Below, one piece after another: positions 48,301 through 59,692 of a stretch of 64,000 bases of DNA. This DNA is from an uncultured Prevotella sp. (GTDB taxonomy: Bacteria > Bacteroidota > Bacteroidia > Bacteroidales > Bacteroidaceae), in contig ONQB01000001.1 in NCBI GenBank assembly GCA_900319905.1, forward strand, positions 82,343-146,342, in the 5' to 3' direction. Under the pieces are notes generated by a model that did no database searches, was not told the origin of the DNA, and worked only from the letters and a program-made list of their open reading frames with translations. The position numbers and the translations under genes are program-made. Numbering within the stretch: the first letter of the stretch is position 1; every line of letters starts with the position of its first letter.

Positions 48301-48326
48301 ACAAGGTGGCGGAAAATAGATTTCAT
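45312..48326 (-). CDS. GH98-like endo-xylanase with CBM35/6-like module, unnamed domain and T9SS CTD
   Basis: RRPID...HIDVWN, FLGWNYAEQFWGF, NYGVRYD, GGAVWDGPE; TIEAED module; CTD TGI...YNLYGQRV...KGLLIVNGKKIIRR. Confidence 0.75.
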   Translation of the reverse strand: MKSIFRHLVMLCLLVLPVAMQAQTRRPIDSRHPLWMIHIDVWNLANPQRIIDMVPADIRPYVCMNLSLSCQYDTKLNIYKKPQDGVSTLRSWATVCQQNGMWFTCQPASGGHTHIQDNDLATFESFFKDYPNFLGWNYAEQFWGFDEPNDKSSSSQASRLTLFANLVNMSHKYGGFLTVSFCGNMWSYGLSPLGMLKRNANLMAACKKHPDAILWLYKYTQSGCYYNSESTTWGPFIAGLANNYGVRYDRCGWEFDKNIMAGSDNNNLQYPLCAGVSTVMEQTCVNGGAVWDGPETIPTECFNAEKDTRTTDGYMAHQWTMFPGFKNVWIDMFRKIIDGTLYIPTRKEVLGKTKVVVINNINYGSDEDKYAGWKNIYDGLYKQDDPFNKKATTYQTGDGDFMNNMTWFKKTGRYGALPIVPLLYDDLAKAIPVQVKKSARWSTISSKVQDFTTQYPEVSTGDLYVNRFRNQLITYTPYSYFNVKTTASATIPLAYNTCQELQLTWGKLSTGAIREYADHIDFYLNNYRTDTTQLVTDRITVTGANQKPTYSMSVGTANVDHVAKANAPRAIITDEQWNDTTGTYTISVKHCGSVNLTLHCAGTATGRATDYLPATHLDTPMQPLPYTGPVTIEAEDMDYRSIQDCPRDPYYTYQSERGHHGCGFVVMGSNKRGSLRHVFQAHKEGNYQLTIRYMNTHKEGNLQVKANDVTKLAGCQLTNVNEWKEVKLGFKLNKGNNTIKLNNIDGLKLYIDQVTYSPSDTVVSDDPAYSDSIYNNPDNPGYANVILRDSFSIEGAGMVPQGWVMANGDDTVMPGRASSGPRIFAFPEGSSFTYGLYIRTPSSPIGYGLYGSLPGHEVPLKTKAKYNLSLDAAAWKNNPWLKVEVLDSNLQVVKSTIIACEPNIGGSTANVFTGATHVSLNFTVPTNGNYLFRFSPVVDEDGNTGYWLETMIGNIALSTDTSTGIRMIKNHTDAAAKAYNLYGQRVNANAKGLLIVNGKKIIRR

Positions 48327-48366
48327 GGGAATTGATATAATTGTTTCCTACGGTTTCGAAGCAGGC

Positions 48367-50640
<2,274 letters not shown>

Positions 50641-50669
50641 TTATCCGGCTTATGGGTAAATTTAATTAA

Positions 50670-50768
50670 TAGGCGGGGTAGGCTATTGTAGGCGGGGTAG
50701 GCGAGGTAGGCAAGAGTAGGCGGGGTAGGCAAGAGTAGGCGGGGTAGGCAAGAGTAGGCGGGGTAGGA
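50670..50768 (+). repeat. G-rich 9/10-bp alternating tandem repeat (TAGGCGGGG / TAGGCAAGAG)
   Basis: 10 TAGGC cores plus one TAGGA; five GGGG runs. Confidence 0.9.
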
Positions 50769-51014
50769 CACTTGTGCGTTAGCTTAAGGTGGACGCATGG
50801 TATCGATGGCTGAATAATTCTCATCTACTTAGGCAGGTTAAAAAATGTGATTTAGCTGAAAATAATTGGCAGTTTAGTTGTGTTTGTCAATAAGATAGGC
50901 TAATTTCGCTGATAAGCCGAAGTCTATGAGCCGCTAGATCTTGGTGCGACGATTGCGGTAGGTGATAGAGGCGTGGCAACCATTTGAATAGTTACTCTTA
51001 AATCTTTTACACTT

Positions 51015-53219
51015 ATGGCATCTATTCCTTACGTATTCTGGCTGGTGCCCTTTGCGTCGGTAGTGGCACTGTTGATGGCCTGGCATTTCTTCCGTTCAAT
51101 GATGAAAACCGACGAAGGCACTCCTCGCATGCGTGAGATAGCCTCGCATGTACGCAAGGGTGCCATGGCTTATCTGAGTCAACAATACAAGGTTGTACTC
51201 ATTGTCTTCATCGTCCTGGCCTTGTTGTTTGCATTCATGGCCTACGGACTGCATGTGCAGAATCCGTGGGTACCGTTTGCCTTTCTCACCGGTGGCTTCT
51301 TCTCTGGCTTGAGCGGTTTCTTCGGAATGAAGACGGCTACTTACGCCAGTGGTCGTACTGCCAATGCTGCCCGTGAGGGGTTGGACCGCGGTCTGCGTGT
51401 GGCGTTCCGCTCGGGTGCGGTCATGGGCCTGGTTGTGGTGGGCCTCGGCTTGCTCGACATCGCCCTCTGGTTTATCATCCTCACAGTCTTCTATCAGGGC
51501 GAGCATGCCGCACTGATCACCGTCACCACCACGATGCTCACCTTCGGAATGGGTGCTTCCACGCAGGCTCTGTTCGCCCGTGTGGGTGGCGGTATCTACA
51601 CCAAGGCGGCCGATGTCGGAGCAGACCTTGTGGGCAAGGTGGAAGCCAATATCCCCGAGGATGATCCACGTAATCCTGCTACCATCGCCGATAATGTAGG
51701 CGATAATGTGGGCGACGTGGCCGGCATGGGCGCCGACCTGTACGAGAGCTACTGCGGATCGATACTCTCCACGGCTGCATTGGGTGCCACGGCCTTTGCC
51801 CTTGACAGTGAGATGCAGCTCAAGGCGGTCATCGCCCCGATGATCATCGCCGCCGTGGGCATCTTTCTCTCGCTTTTCGGCATCTTCCTGGTGCGCACGC
51901 GTGACGGGGCTACCATGCGCGACCTGCTTCATGCCTTGGGACGCGGCACCAATACGGCTGCTGTGCTCATCGCCATCGCCTCCTTCGTCATCCTCTATCT
52001 GCTTGGACTTGACAACTGGTGGGGTGTGGGACTTTCGGTGCTGAGCGGTCTGGTGGCGGGAGTCATCATCGGACAAGCCACAGAATACTACACCTCGCAG
52101 AGCTATCGTCCCACACAGCAGATAGCAGAGGCCTCAAAGACCGGTGCGGCAACGGTAATAATAAAAGGTATAGGCACTGGAATGATCTCCACCTGCATCC
52201 CTGTGGTCACCATCTCGGTGGCCATCATTCTGAGCTATCTCTGCGCCAATGGCTTCGATATGAGCATGAGCGCGTCCAGCATCTCCCGAGGACTCTATGG
52301 CATCGGCATTGCAGCAGTGGGCATGCTCTCTACGCTGGGTATCACGCTGGCTACCGATGCCTACGGCCCGATAGCTGACAATGCAGGTGGCAATGCGGAG
52401 ATGAGTGAATTGGGCGAAGAGGTGCGCAGACGTACCGATGAGCTCGATGCGCTGGGCAACACGACTGCCGCCACGGGTAAGGGCTTTGCCATTGGATCGG
52501 CTGCCTTGACGGCGCTGGCACTCCTGGCATCGTATGTGGAAGAGATAAAGATTGCTATGATGCGGGCCGTGAACGAAGGTGAGCAGTTTGTTGATGCCGC
52601 CGGCCACCTCTTCAATCCCGCCACAGCCGATGTGACGCAGTTTATGCAGTACTTTGAGGTGACGCTCATGAACCCCCGTGTGCTCGTTGGAGCCTTCTTG
52701 GGAGCTATGGCAGCCTTCCTGTTCTGTGGGCTGACAATGGGAGCCGTCGGACGTGCCGCTGAGACGATGGTGGAGGAGGTGCGCCGCCAGTTCCGCGAGA
52801 TCAAAGGCATCCTGGAGGGTAAGGCTACTCCCGACTATGGCCGTTGCGTGGAGATCTCTACACGCAGTGCCCAGCACGAGATGATTCTGCCGAGTCTGCT
52901 GGCCATCCTCATCCCTATCATCGTGGGCATGGTGCTGGGAGTGGCTGGTGTCATGGGCTTGCTGGCCGGTGGACTGGCCGCAGGCTTCACACTGGCTGTC
53001 TTCATGGCCAATGCTGGTGGCGCATGGGACAATGCCAAGAAGATGGTGGAAGAGGGTCACTTCGGAGGTAAGGGCTCCGAGTGTCATAAGGCCACTGTCG
53101 TAGGCGATACTGTTGGCGACCCGTTTAAGGATACCTCAGGCCCGAGTCTGAATATCCTTATCAAACTCATGTCGATGGTGAGCATCGTCATGGCGGGTCT
53201 CACCGTGGCGTGCATGTAA
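51015..53219 (+). CDS. hppA: Membrane-integral ion-translocating pyrophosphatase (K+-dependent; Na+ or Na+/H+)
   Basis: [54 protein letters not shown]. Confidence 0.95.
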   Translation: MASIPYVFWLVPFASVVALLMAWHFFRSMMKTDEGTPRMREIASHVRKGAMAYLSQQYKVVLIVFIVLALLFAFMAYGLHVQNPWVPFAFLTGGFFSGLSGFFGMKTATYASGRTANAAREGLDRGLRVAFRSGAVMGLVVVGLGLLDIALWFIILTVFYQGEHAALITVTTTMLTFGMGASTQALFARVGGGIYTKAADVGADLVGKVEANIPEDDPRNPATIADNVGDNVGDVAGMGADLYESYCGSILSTAALGATAFALDSEMQLKAVIAPMIIAAVGIFLSLFGIFLVRTRDGATMRDLLHALGRGTNTAAVLIAIASFVILYLLGLDNWWGVGLSVLSGLVAGVIIGQATEYYTSQSYRPTQQIAEASKTGAATVIIKGIGTGMISTCIPVVTISVAIILSYLCANGFDMSMSASSISRGLYGIGIAAVGMLSTLGITLATDAYGPIADNAGGNAEMSELGEEVRRRTDELDALGNTTAATGKGFAIGSAALTALALLASYVEEIKIAMMRAVNEGEQFVDAAGHLFNPATADVTQFMQYFEVTLMNPRVLVGAFLGAMAAFLFCGLTMGAVGRAAETMVEEVRRQFREIKGILEGKATPDYGRCVEISTRSAQHEMILPSLLAILIPIIVGMVLGVAGVMGLLAGGLAAGFTLAVFMANAGGAWDNAKKMVEEGHFGGKGSECHKATVVGDTVGDPFKDTSGPSLNILIKLMSMVSIVMAGLTVACM

Positions 53220-53230
53220 GTAGTGTGTCC

Positions 53231-53872
53231 TTAGCGAGTGATGCTGCGCAGCACGTTGAGGAGAGACTTGGGAGAGCTCCATGAGAAATCGGGCATGGAG
53301 AGCGCTACCTTGTACCGTTCGCGCATCGCCTTTGGCACATGACGGTAGAGTTCGCGCTCGTGGCAGAGCACGAACTTGCCGTTCAAGTAGTAATAGTAGA
53401 TATTGACAACAGGGTATTCGATGTCAGAGTCGGCTGGGTCAAGGGTCGCTGTCTCCACGTACTCTGTGTTGAGTTCCACGTTGGTCATCTGTCGGTTGTT
53501 GATGAGGTTCTGCCTGAAGGCGTGCTGGTCAATCTTGGTGACGCAGTAGAGTGCGTTCTTCCCCACGGTGTCAACGCGCCAGGCCAATGTGGTGTCTATG
53601 CGTTCGTAGTGGCGGTCGCCAAAGTCAACGCATTTGATGTTGTCCATCTGTGCCTCCATGATGTGGTTGCGTAGCACGCTGCGGTAGACGAGTGTGCTAC
53701 GCTTGAGGAGAATGTTGGCCTGACCCACCGTCACCTTCTTGCCATCGGTCGTGGTGACAACAGCTGGACGGTAGTCTTTCCATTGTATGGTATACTTTGT
53801 CATACCTGGGGTTTGGCTCCATGCACAGAGTTGGAGGCAGGCCAGGAGCATGGTGAACAATAGCTTCCTCAT
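53231..53872 (-). CDS. Hypothetical secreted protein
   Basis: MRKLLF...AWSQ signal peptide; co-oriented just downstream of murF. Confidence 0.7.
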   Translation of the reverse strand: MRKLLFTMLLACLQLCAWSQTPGMTKYTIQWKDYRPAVVTTTDGKKVTVGQANILLKRSTLVYRSVLRNHIMEAQMDNIKCVDFGDRHYERIDTTLAWRVDTVGKNALYCVTKIDQHAFRQNLINNRQMTNVELNTEYVETATLDPADSDIEYPVVNIYYYYLNGKFVLCHERELYRHVPKAMRERYKVALSMPDFSWSSPKSLLNVLRSITR

Positions 53873-53909
53873 AATCCACAAATTATTCGTTCATTATAAT
53901 AAAACCCAC

Positions 53910-55229
53910 CTATAGCAAAGCCGGCAATTCAAACAGCCGTGTGCCGTTGCTGCCTTTGATGAGAATGCACTTGCCCTGTGGCTTGTTGCGGGCGATGGCT
54001 TCTTTCACAGCCGCCACGTCCTTGAACTTATTGTAGTCGCAGTGCGTCTTCATGAACTCTTCTCCTACCAGCCATACGTCGGTCAGATGGTCGGCCTTCA
54101 GCGTGTCGACGATTTTCTGATGCTCCTCTGCGCTTACTTCACCCAGTTCACGCATGTCACCGAGAATGGCCATCTTAGGCTGAGGCAGGCTGATATGTAC
54201 GAAGCTGTCGAGGGCGGCTGCCATGCTTGTTGGGTTGGCATTGTAGGCATCGACGATCAACACGTTGTCCTTGGTCTGCACCAGTTCCGAGCGGTTGTTG
54301 GTGGGCACGTAGTTTTCCAGTGCATGATTGATCTGTGCCGGTGTCAGGCCGAAGTACAGCCCCACGGAGACGGCGGCCAGCACATTGTCGAGGTTGTAGG
54401 CACCGATAAGATGGGTGCGTATCTGACTGATGTTGCCCGTAGCGTGCTCTTCCGATCCCCTCCACCATTCTATCTCAATGAATGGAGTGGCGGCAGTTAC
54501 GCGTCCTTGTACCTCTGCTTGATCGTCGTGACCGTAGCTGATGATGCGGTCGAGGTTACGCTGCTGGCTCATGCTGACGAGATGCTCGTTGGAGGTATTG
54601 AGGAAGACGAGGCCGTTGTGTGCCTTGAGGAAGTCGTAGAGCTCGCCCTTGGTGTTCATCACTCCTTCGAAAGAACCGAATCCCTGCAGATGGGCACGGC
54701 CCACGTTGGTGATCAGTCCGCAAGTCGGTTCCACATATTCCACCAGTTTCTTGATGTCGCCGGGATGAGAAGCTCCCATCTCGACAACTGCAATCTCATG
54801 CTCCGGCGACAGGCGCAGCAGCGTCTTGGGCACGCCGACGTCGTTGTTGAAGTTGCCCTCCGTGTGCATCACGTTGTATTTCTCGGCAAGTACGGCGGAG
54901 ACGAGTTCCTTAGTCGTCGTCTTGCCATTGGTGCCGGTGATACCAATGACGGGTATGTTGAACTGTCGGCGATGCTCGCGTGCGAGTTGCTTGAACGTCA
55001 GCAGACAGTCGTCCACCAGAATGATGCGGCTGTCGGCAGGGTCGGCATATTCCTGCTCGTCGACGATGGCGTAGCTGCATCCTTTTTCCAGTGCGCTCTT
55101 TGCAAATTTGTTGCCGTCGAACGAGGCACCTTTCAGTGCAATGAAGATGCTGCCCTTCGGACAGTCACGGCTGTCGGTGGTCACTTGAGGGTGTTGCTGA
55201 TAGAGTTGATAAAGTTGGTTTATATCCAT
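53910..55229 (-). CDS. murF: UDP-MurNAc-tripeptide--D-Ala-D-Ala ligase
   Basis: TTDSR, GITGTNGKTTTKE, GNFNN, VEMGASH, DAYNANP, LGDMRELG, IKGS. Confidence 0.95.
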   Translation of the reverse strand: MDINQLYQLYQQHPQVTTDSRDCPKGSIFIALKGASFDGNKFAKSALEKGCSYAIVDEQEYADPADSRIILVDDCLLTFKQLAREHRRQFNIPVIGITGTNGKTTTKELVSAVLAEKYNVMHTEGNFNNDVGVPKTLLRLSPEHEIAVVEMGASHPGDIKKLVEYVEPTCGLITNVGRAHLQGFGSFEGVMNTKGELYDFLKAHNGLVFLNTSNEHLVSMSQQRNLDRIISYGHDDQAEVQGRVTAATPFIEIEWWRGSEEHATGNISQIRTHLIGAYNLDNVLAAVSVGLYFGLTPAQINHALENYVPTNNRSELVQTKDNVLIVDAYNANPTSMAAALDSFVHISLPQPKMAILGDMRELGEVSAEEHQKIVDTLKADHLTDVWLVGEEFMKTHCDYNKFKDVAAVKEAIARNKPQGKCILIKGSNGTRLFELPALL

Positions 55230-55405
55230 AGTATTTGTGATTTCTTAAGGCAAAGTTAGTCTATTTATTCCATCTCTCCAACCTTTTTCTTTAAAAAAGC
55301 AGCGCATTTAGTGCTGTCGTCCCGTTAAAAAACGGTAATAATGAACAAACCCTCACGAAGCTAAGAAATAATTGTTTAAATTTGTATCTCAGAACTGATA
55401 CAGCA

Positions 55406-56272
55406 ATGGATTATACACTAAATATTCATGGTAGGTTGGTGTCGCTGGCCACGCCTCAGGTTATGGGCATCCTCAACTGTACGCCCGACAGCTTCTTTGC
55501 AGGCAGTCGTAAGCAGACCGAGCGGGAGATTGCCGACCGTGCCAATGAGATTGCCAGTCAAGGGGGCACGATGATAGATGTGGGTGCGTTCTCTACGCGT
55601 CCCGGTGCGGAGGAAGTGACTGAAGCAGAGGAGATGGCACGCCTGCGCTTCGCCCTGCCCATTGTGCGTCGCGAACAGCCCGACATGCCGCTTTCTGTCG
55701 ATACCTTTCGGCCCGATGTGGCCCGTATGGCAGTGGAGGAGTATGGAGCCGACATTATCAACGACGTGTCGGAAGGTGGCATCACGGGTATCGTTGACAA
55801 GCCCTTGGACGAACAGTATGAGGTGGAAGGTGACAGCCGTTTCAAAGACTATCCAGCCATCTTCCGCATGATGGGAAGGCTTAAGGTGCCTTACATTCTG
55901 ATGTCTGTGCAAGCCGATATCCACACCATGCTCCTCAACTTCTCTCGTGAGGTGCAGCAGTTGCGCGACCTTCATGTCAACGACATCATCCTCGACCCTG
56001 GCTATGGCTTTGGCAAGAGTGTGGAGGAGAACTATCGCGTGCTGCGTCATCAGCGTGAGCTGGACGTGCTGGGTCTGCCCGTTCTGGCCGGATTGTCGCG
56101 TAAGCGGCTCATATGGAAGCCATTGGACATCACTATCGACGAGGCCCTCAATGGCACCACTATCGTCAATACCCTGGCGCTGTGCGGAGGAGCCAGCATC
56201 TTGAGGGTGCACGACGTGAAAGAGGCTGTGCAGGCCGTCACACTGTTCAATCTGTACCATAAACAGGATTGA
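55406..56272 (+). CDS. folP: Dihydropteroate synthase
   Basis: VMGILNCTPDSF, DVGAFSTRPG, SVDT, INDVS, LDPGYGFGK, GLSRK, LRVHDV. Promoter box TAAATTTG at 55377. Confidence 0.95.
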   Translation: MDYTLNIHGRLVSLATPQVMGILNCTPDSFFAGSRKQTEREIADRANEIASQGGTMIDVGAFSTRPGAEEVTEAEEMARLRFALPIVRREQPDMPLSVDTFRPDVARMAVEEYGADIINDVSEGGITGIVDKPLDEQYEVEGDSRFKDYPAIFRMMGRLKVPYILMSVQADIHTMLLNFSREVQQLRDLHVNDIILDPGYGFGKSVEENYRVLRHQRELDVLGLPVLAGLSRKRLIWKPLDITIDEALNGTTIVNTLALCGGASILRVHDVKEAVQAVTLFNLYHKQD

Positions 56273-57057
56273 TGACCATGTTTTTTGATTTTGGCATAAA
56301 AGATATCATCGACATCTGTCTTGTCGCCCTGATGCTGTTCTACATCTACCGGCTGATGAAGGAAAGCCGGTCGCTCAATGTGTTTATCGGCATCATGGTG
56401 TTTGTGCTGGTGTGGCTTTTTGTGTCGCAGGTGCTGGAGATGCGTCTGCTGGGCAGCATCATGGATAAGTTGGTGTCGGTGGGTGTGATTGGTCTCATCG
56501 TGCTGTTTAAGGATGAGATACGTAAGTTCTTCTATGAACTTGGTGAGCGTCAGCGCGTCAGACGGTTGCTCGACCTCTTCTTCTATCGGAAAGACGGCAG
56601 AAAGCCGAAAGACAAGTCGGCCATCATGCCTATCGTATGGGCCTGCATGGATATGGCCAAAGGCAAGGTGGGTGCGCTCATCGTTATCGAACGTGCCACA
56701 CCGCTCGACGACATCGTGCAGACGGGTGAGGTCATCGACGCCAATATCAACAAGTTGCTGATAGAGAATATCTTCTTCAAGAACTCTCCCCTTCACGACG
56801 GCGCTATGATTATCTCCAAGCGACGCATCAAGGCCGCCGGCTGCATCCTGCCCGTGAGCCATAACATGGATATCCCGAAAGAGCTGGGACTGCGTCACCG
56901 TGCGGCCCTTGGCATCTCGCAGGACTCTGATGCCATCGCTGTCATCGTGTCGGAAGAGACCGGACGCATCAGCGTGGCCATCAAGGGTAACTTCAAGCTG
57001 CGTCTGTCGGCCGAAGACCTGGAGAGTATCCTCGCCCGTGAGATGGGCGGACTGTAA
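56272..57057 (+). CDS. dacA: Diadenylate cyclase CdaA/DacA
   Basis: Three N-terminal TMs; PLHDGA, GLRHRAA, VSEETG. Confidence 0.92.
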   Translation: MTMFFDFGIKDIIDICLVALMLFYIYRLMKESRSLNVFIGIMVFVLVWLFVSQVLEMRLLGSIMDKLVSVGVIGLIVLFKDEIRKFFYELGERQRVRRLLDLFFYRKDGRKPKDKSAIMPIVWACMDMAKGKVGALIVIERATPLDDIVQTGEVIDANINKLLIENIFFKNSPLHDGAMIISKRRIKAAGCILPVSHNMDIPKELGLRHRAALGISQDSDAIAVIVSEETGRISVAIKGNFKLRLSAEDLESILAREMGGL

Positions 57058-57127
57058 TATAATAGCTGATGCAGACCGCTGTGAAGCAAAATATTATGCC
57101 GACGGATGTAAATTCATTGCTGAAAGT

Positions 57128-57158
57128 TTTGAAATCTATGCCGTTTGGTGTAACTTTG
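57128..57158 (+). promoter_or_regulatory. Promoter of pta-ackA
   Basis: TTTG-N19-TAACTTTG. Confidence 0.7.
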
Positions 57159-57208
57159 CAAGTGCTAATGAAAAGTGGATTTTAATCGATTAAAACAATA
57201 TTATAACT

Positions 57209-58255
57209 ATGAGTTTATTAGACCAAATTGTGGCTCGTGCCAAGGCTGACAAGCAGACCATCGTGTTGCCTGAGGCTGAGGAGGAGCGCACACTGAAAGC
57301 TGCTGACCGTGTACTGGCCGACGACATTGCCAACATCATTCTTATTGGCAACCGTGATCATATCTTTGAGGAAGCCAAGGAGTGGGGACTCAACCACATT
57401 GGCAAGGCGCGCATCATCGACCCCCTGCACTTCGACAAGACCGAGGAATATGCTGCCTTGTTGGCCGAGCTGCGTAAGAAAAAGGGCATGACGATTGACC
57501 AGGCTCGCGAACTGGTTACCCACAACAACCTCTATCTGGGTTGCATGATTATCAAGTCGGGTGACGCTGACGGTCAGATCTCTGGTGCGCTGAGCACTAC
57601 TGGTGACACGTTGCGTCCTGCCCTGCAGATCATCAAGTGCGCTTCCGGTATCACCTGCGTGAGTGGCGCTATGCTGCTCGTCACGAAGTCACAATACGGT
57701 GCCGACGGCGTCGTGGTGATGGGTGATGTCGCTGTTACTCCTAATCCTACAGCCGACCAGCTGGCCCAGATCGCTTACACCACCGCCCAGACTGCACGTG
57801 CCATCGCCGGCATCGCAGAGCCTCACGTGGCCATGCTGAGCTACAGCACCAAGGGCTCGGCCAAGGATGCCATCAACAAGGAGACCGGCAAGAGCGTGTA
57901 TGTCATCGACAAGGTGGTCGACGCTGTGAAGATTGCCCGCGAGAAGTACCCGACACTGCTTGTTGACGGTGAGCTGCAGGCTGATGCAGCCCTCGTGCCT
58001 GCCGTCGGTAAGAAGAAGGCACCCAACAGCAACATCGCCGGACGTGCCAACGTGCTCGTCGTGCCCAACCTTGAGGTGGGTAATATCGGCTACAAGCTCG
58101 TGGAGCGTCTCGGTGGCGCAACTGCCATTGGCCCCATCCTGCAGGGCATCGCACGCCCTGTCAACGACCTTAGCCGTGGTTGCAGCGTAGACGATATTTA
58201 CTACATGGTGGCCATCACCAGCTGCCAGGCGCAGGACGCTAAGAAGGCAGAATAA
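57209..58255 (+). CDS. pta: Phosphate acetyltransferase
   Basis: IVLPE, LRPALQIIK, AMLSYSTKGS, DGELQADAA, GNIGYKL, PVNDLSRGC. Confidence 0.95.
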   Translation: MSLLDQIVARAKADKQTIVLPEAEEERTLKAADRVLADDIANIILIGNRDHIFEEAKEWGLNHIGKARIIDPLHFDKTEEYAALLAELRKKKGMTIDQARELVTHNNLYLGCMIIKSGDADGQISGALSTTGDTLRPALQIIKCASGITCVSGAMLLVTKSQYGADGVVVMGDVAVTPNPTADQLAQIAYTTAQTARAIAGIAEPHVAMLSYSTKGSAKDAINKETGKSVYVIDKVVDAVKIAREKYPTLLVDGELQADAALVPAVGKKKAPNSNIAGRANVLVVPNLEVGNIGYKLVERLGGATAIGPILQGIARPVNDLSRGCSVDDIYYMVAITSCQAQDAKKAE

Positions 58256-58261
58256 AAATAG

Positions 58262-58298
58262 AATGCCGTGCAGGGGTAAACGACTGCTGCACGGCATT
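58262..58298 (+). other. Intercistronic stem-loop between pta and ackA
   Basis: aatgccgtgcag...ctgcacggcatt, 12-bp perfect stem. Confidence 0.7.
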
Positions 58299-58352
58299 TA
58301 GCTTTTGAAAAGATACTATTACAACGACGCATAAAACGCTAACAATAAGAAA

Positions 58353-59558
58353 ATGAAGATTTTGGTTTTAAACTGTGGTAGCAGTTCCATCAAGTACAAG
58401 TTATATGACATGGCCGATGAGTCAGTGCTGGCTCAGGGCGGTGTGGAGCGTATCGGCCTTGACGAGGCTTTCATCAAGGTGAAGCTCGACAACGGCGAGA
58501 AAAAGAAGATTATGGCCGACCTGCCTACCCACAAAGAAGGTGTAGAGCTTGTGTTCAAGTGCCTGCTCGATCCCGACTTCGGTGCTATTAAGAGTCTTGA
58601 TGAGATTGGTGCCGTAGGCCACCGTATCGTGCAGGGTGGCGACCTCTTTGAGAAGAGCTGCATCGTTACTCCTGAGGTGGAGAAGGGCATCGAGAGCCTT
58701 ATCGACCTCGCTCCGGTACACAACAAAGGTCACCTTGCCGGCATCCGTGCCGTCGACGAGCTCATGCCTAACGTGCCGCAGGTGACGGTGTTTGACAATG
58801 CTTTCCATTCTACCATGCCACCCTATGCTTATCTCTACGGCATTCCTTACGAGTGGTACACCAAGTATCACGTGCGCCGCTACGGCTTCCATGGTACCAG
58901 CCATCGCTATGTCTCTCACCGCGTGTGCGAGTTCTTGGGTGTTGACATCAAGACACAGAAAATCATCACCTGCCACATCGGCAATGGCGCTTCTGTAGCT
59001 GCCGTCAAGTATGGCAAGGTCATCGATACCTCCATGGGCCTCACCCCGCTGGCCGGTGTGATGATGGGTTCTCGCTCGGGCGATATTGACCCCTCGGCTG
59101 TCACCTACATGATGCAGAAGAGCGGCATGACTCCTCAGGAGATGGCCGACTACCTCAATAAGAAGAGCGGCGTGCTCGGCATCACCGGCATCTCAAGCGA
59201 TATGCGTGAGATTGAGGAAGCCGACAACAAGGGCGACAAGATGGCTCATCTCGCATTGGAGATGTACAACTACCGCATCAAGAAGTACATTGGCGCTTAT
59301 GCCGCTGCCATGAACGGTGTGGACATCATCGTGTGGACAGCCGGTGTCGGTGAGAATCAGGAAGGTGTGCGTTGGGATGCTTGCTCTGGTCTGGAGTACC
59401 TCGGCGTCAAGATGGACAAGGAGCGCAACCATGTCCGCTCGAAGGAGCAGATTCTCTCTGCCGACGATTCTAAGGTGAAGGTGGTGATGATTCCTACCGA
59501 TGAGGAAATCGTTATTGCCCGTGATACCTTGGCTTTGGTAAGCGGTAAGGAAGCCTAA
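58353..59558 (+). CDS. ackA: Acetate kinase
   Basis: LVLNCGSSSIKY, GHRIVQGG, RRYGFHGTSH, HIGNGAS, RSGDIDP, IPTDEE. Confidence 0.96.
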   Translation: MKILVLNCGSSSIKYKLYDMADESVLAQGGVERIGLDEAFIKVKLDNGEKKKIMADLPTHKEGVELVFKCLLDPDFGAIKSLDEIGAVGHRIVQGGDLFEKSCIVTPEVEKGIESLIDLAPVHNKGHLAGIRAVDELMPNVPQVTVFDNAFHSTMPPYAYLYGIPYEWYTKYHVRRYGFHGTSHRYVSHRVCEFLGVDIKTQKIITCHIGNGASVAAVKYGKVIDTSMGLTPLAGVMMGSRSGDIDPSAVTYMMQKSGMTPQEMADYLNKKSGVLGITGISSDMREIEEADNKGDKMAHLALEMYNYRIKKYIGAYAAAMNGVDIIVWTAGVGENQEGVRWDACSGLEYLGVKMDKERNHVRSKEQILSADDSKVKVVMIPTDEEIVIARDTLALVSGKEA

Positions 59559-59617
59559 CACAAAGTGATAAGTAAGGCTTACGTGAAATAGAATCATCTA
59601 AACATAAGCATACAGTG

Positions 59618-59659
59618 ATAAGGGCTGTGTCATGCATTGAGCATTGGCACAGCCCTTAT
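59618..59659. terminator. Hairpin between convergent ackA and DASS transporter
   Basis: ataagggctgtgtca...tggcacagcccttat. Confidence 0.7.
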
Positions 59660-59692
59660 TGCTTATATACTGCCCTGCAGACGTTGATACCT

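Noticed and set aside
56272-57057. Nucleotide cyclase as part of a CBASS-like defence system
   Set aside because: It is an ordinary membrane CdaA coupled to folP, with no effector genes nearby.
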